DNA of 63,383 nt, the filler included, from Hyphochytrium catenoides (lineage: Eukaryota > Protista > Hyphochytriomycota): the NCBI GenBank assembly GCA_900088475.1. It is 5 parts of 5 records of this genome, joined end to end, with 100 filler letters (N's around TTAATTAATTAA, not from the genome) between each part and the next. Parts side by side here need not be neighbours in the genome. Positions count along the whole stretch, not along the records: positions 62,269 to 63,383 come from FLMG01004517.1; 4 more parts are not named here. One strand, given 5' to 3'. Position 1 is the first letter of the stretch; each line of letters begins with the position of its first letter. This document shows positions 62,269 through 63,383 of this stretch, piece by piece. The notes beneath the pieces are model-generated. The model was not told the DNA's origin, did no database searches, and worked only from the letters and a program-made list of their open reading frames with translations. The position numbers were made by a program, and so were the translations under genes.

Positions 62269-63383
62269 CATCTTCCGCATGGCATACTCATGACGTTTTT
62301 CTCCTGACATCCTGAGTCCATTCGGCTGCCCGCACAGCAAGTCCATCTCCATTCGCTACACCAAGATCCTCGAGCACGCAAACGACTTCTGTTTCTTCCC
62401 CAGAAGTCCGCAGTGATAGGAAGGCTCACGAAGGCGTTTACGTTCTTCCCGTGACAGGATTGCCTCCTTCAGATCAGCCAGCGTCCAAGGCTGGGGTGAC
62501 AGATGCAAAGCAGTATTGACATTCCGGGAATCATTGATAGCCCTAACGATCTCTTCCTCAGTCTTCTTCTTCATTGCTCTTGATACCTTAATTATGAGGA
62601 AGGGAGATTCCACGATTGTGCCCTGGGTGATACAGCAGATAGAAGAATAAATAACCACTATCTTAAGTTCATCTTTCGTCTAGGCGCCGGCTGGCGGCAG
62701 ATTGTAGTTCTTCTACCGCACTAGGGTGTTGGCTGCACGCAATTGTGAACCTTGATAGGGGTTCGCTACACGTATCAGCACCACCAGCCGTCTTCTCCTA
62801 GTCCTACTCCGGCGTATTGTCTCCCCGTTGCCCTCTCTGCTGCATACTCACCCGTCAGCAGCCAGCAGGATAGGATGATGAAGCTAGGAGTCCCTCCTTC
62901 CACCTCCTCAGTGACGATAGGTCCTACCTACTAACTATCATTTTAATCTAGAGAGATAAGCTCTACACAGCTCTGACATAGATCTCGCCATGTTCAATAT
63001 TAGAAAGTGTCGAGCCACCATCCTTCAGCCCACCTGCCGCCTTCTCCAGCAAGAAGAGAGGAGTTCTGTGCAGCATGGCACGCAGCTGTTGCTCGTCAAC
63101 CAGCGCTGCTGCTGCGCTTTACTATGGCGTGATACTGTTACACAGCTGGGTCTCTAACAATAATAATAGTCAGTGAGTGGACCGCCGTTCCAACCGAAAG
63201 AGTAGTTCCTATTTCCTAGACTAACTACTGGTTCAGCTGCCATTTGGTTCGGCTGTTTCTATGTAGAGTTCGCATGAGGCATCGCTTACAAACAAAGGGA
63301 TTGCTTCCCCTTTATTCAGTGCTCCTCTTATTTATATCGTACGAGCTGATCTGGCCAAGAACTGGAAATTCCTTTCATAAATG

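Noticed and set aside
1-63383. tRNA/rRNA/snRNA genes, alternative genetic code, non-canonical introns
   Set aside because: I recognised none by eye, and the genes I could model use standard stops and GT-AG introns. A tRNAscan/Infernal run is needed to exclude small RNAs.

Overview
This is eukaryotic, intron-rich nuclear DNA (GT-AG introns, many ~60-90 nt). A protist, probably a stramenopile, is my inference from the WRKY19-like CxxxxC..GGxCxxHG repeat protein and a YxRNNK..LRCFPHC domain protein. The window is not contiguous: five contigs are joined by artificial 100-nt spacers (44 N + TTAATTAATTAA + 44 N) at 24853, 44865, 55025 and 62169. Bases 1-18 kb are gene-dense: an HSL-like lipase, an unknown protein, DPH3 (absent from the ORF track), a 2-Cys peroxiredoxin, two membrane proteins, a Rab5/21/22-type GTPase and a putative novel transcription factor. 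The remainder is a transposon mosaic with scattered genes (ApaH/Ppn2-like phosphoesterase with GNH->GNK, SLC38 transporter, WRKY19-like protein, RPAP3, two truncated membrane proteins). Elements resolved by eye are a CACTG...CAGTG non-autonomous En/Spm element with a 2-bp TSD, a spliced CACTA transposase fragment, two copia remnants, a pogo-type element with TIRs and TA TSD inside an LTR-like repeat, a ~240-bp foldback hairpin, and a 4-copy repeat with one inverted copy. I found no tRNA, rRNA or CRISPR array, and no complete new system can be demonstrated from this sequence alone. All gene models were assembled by eye and no database was searched.
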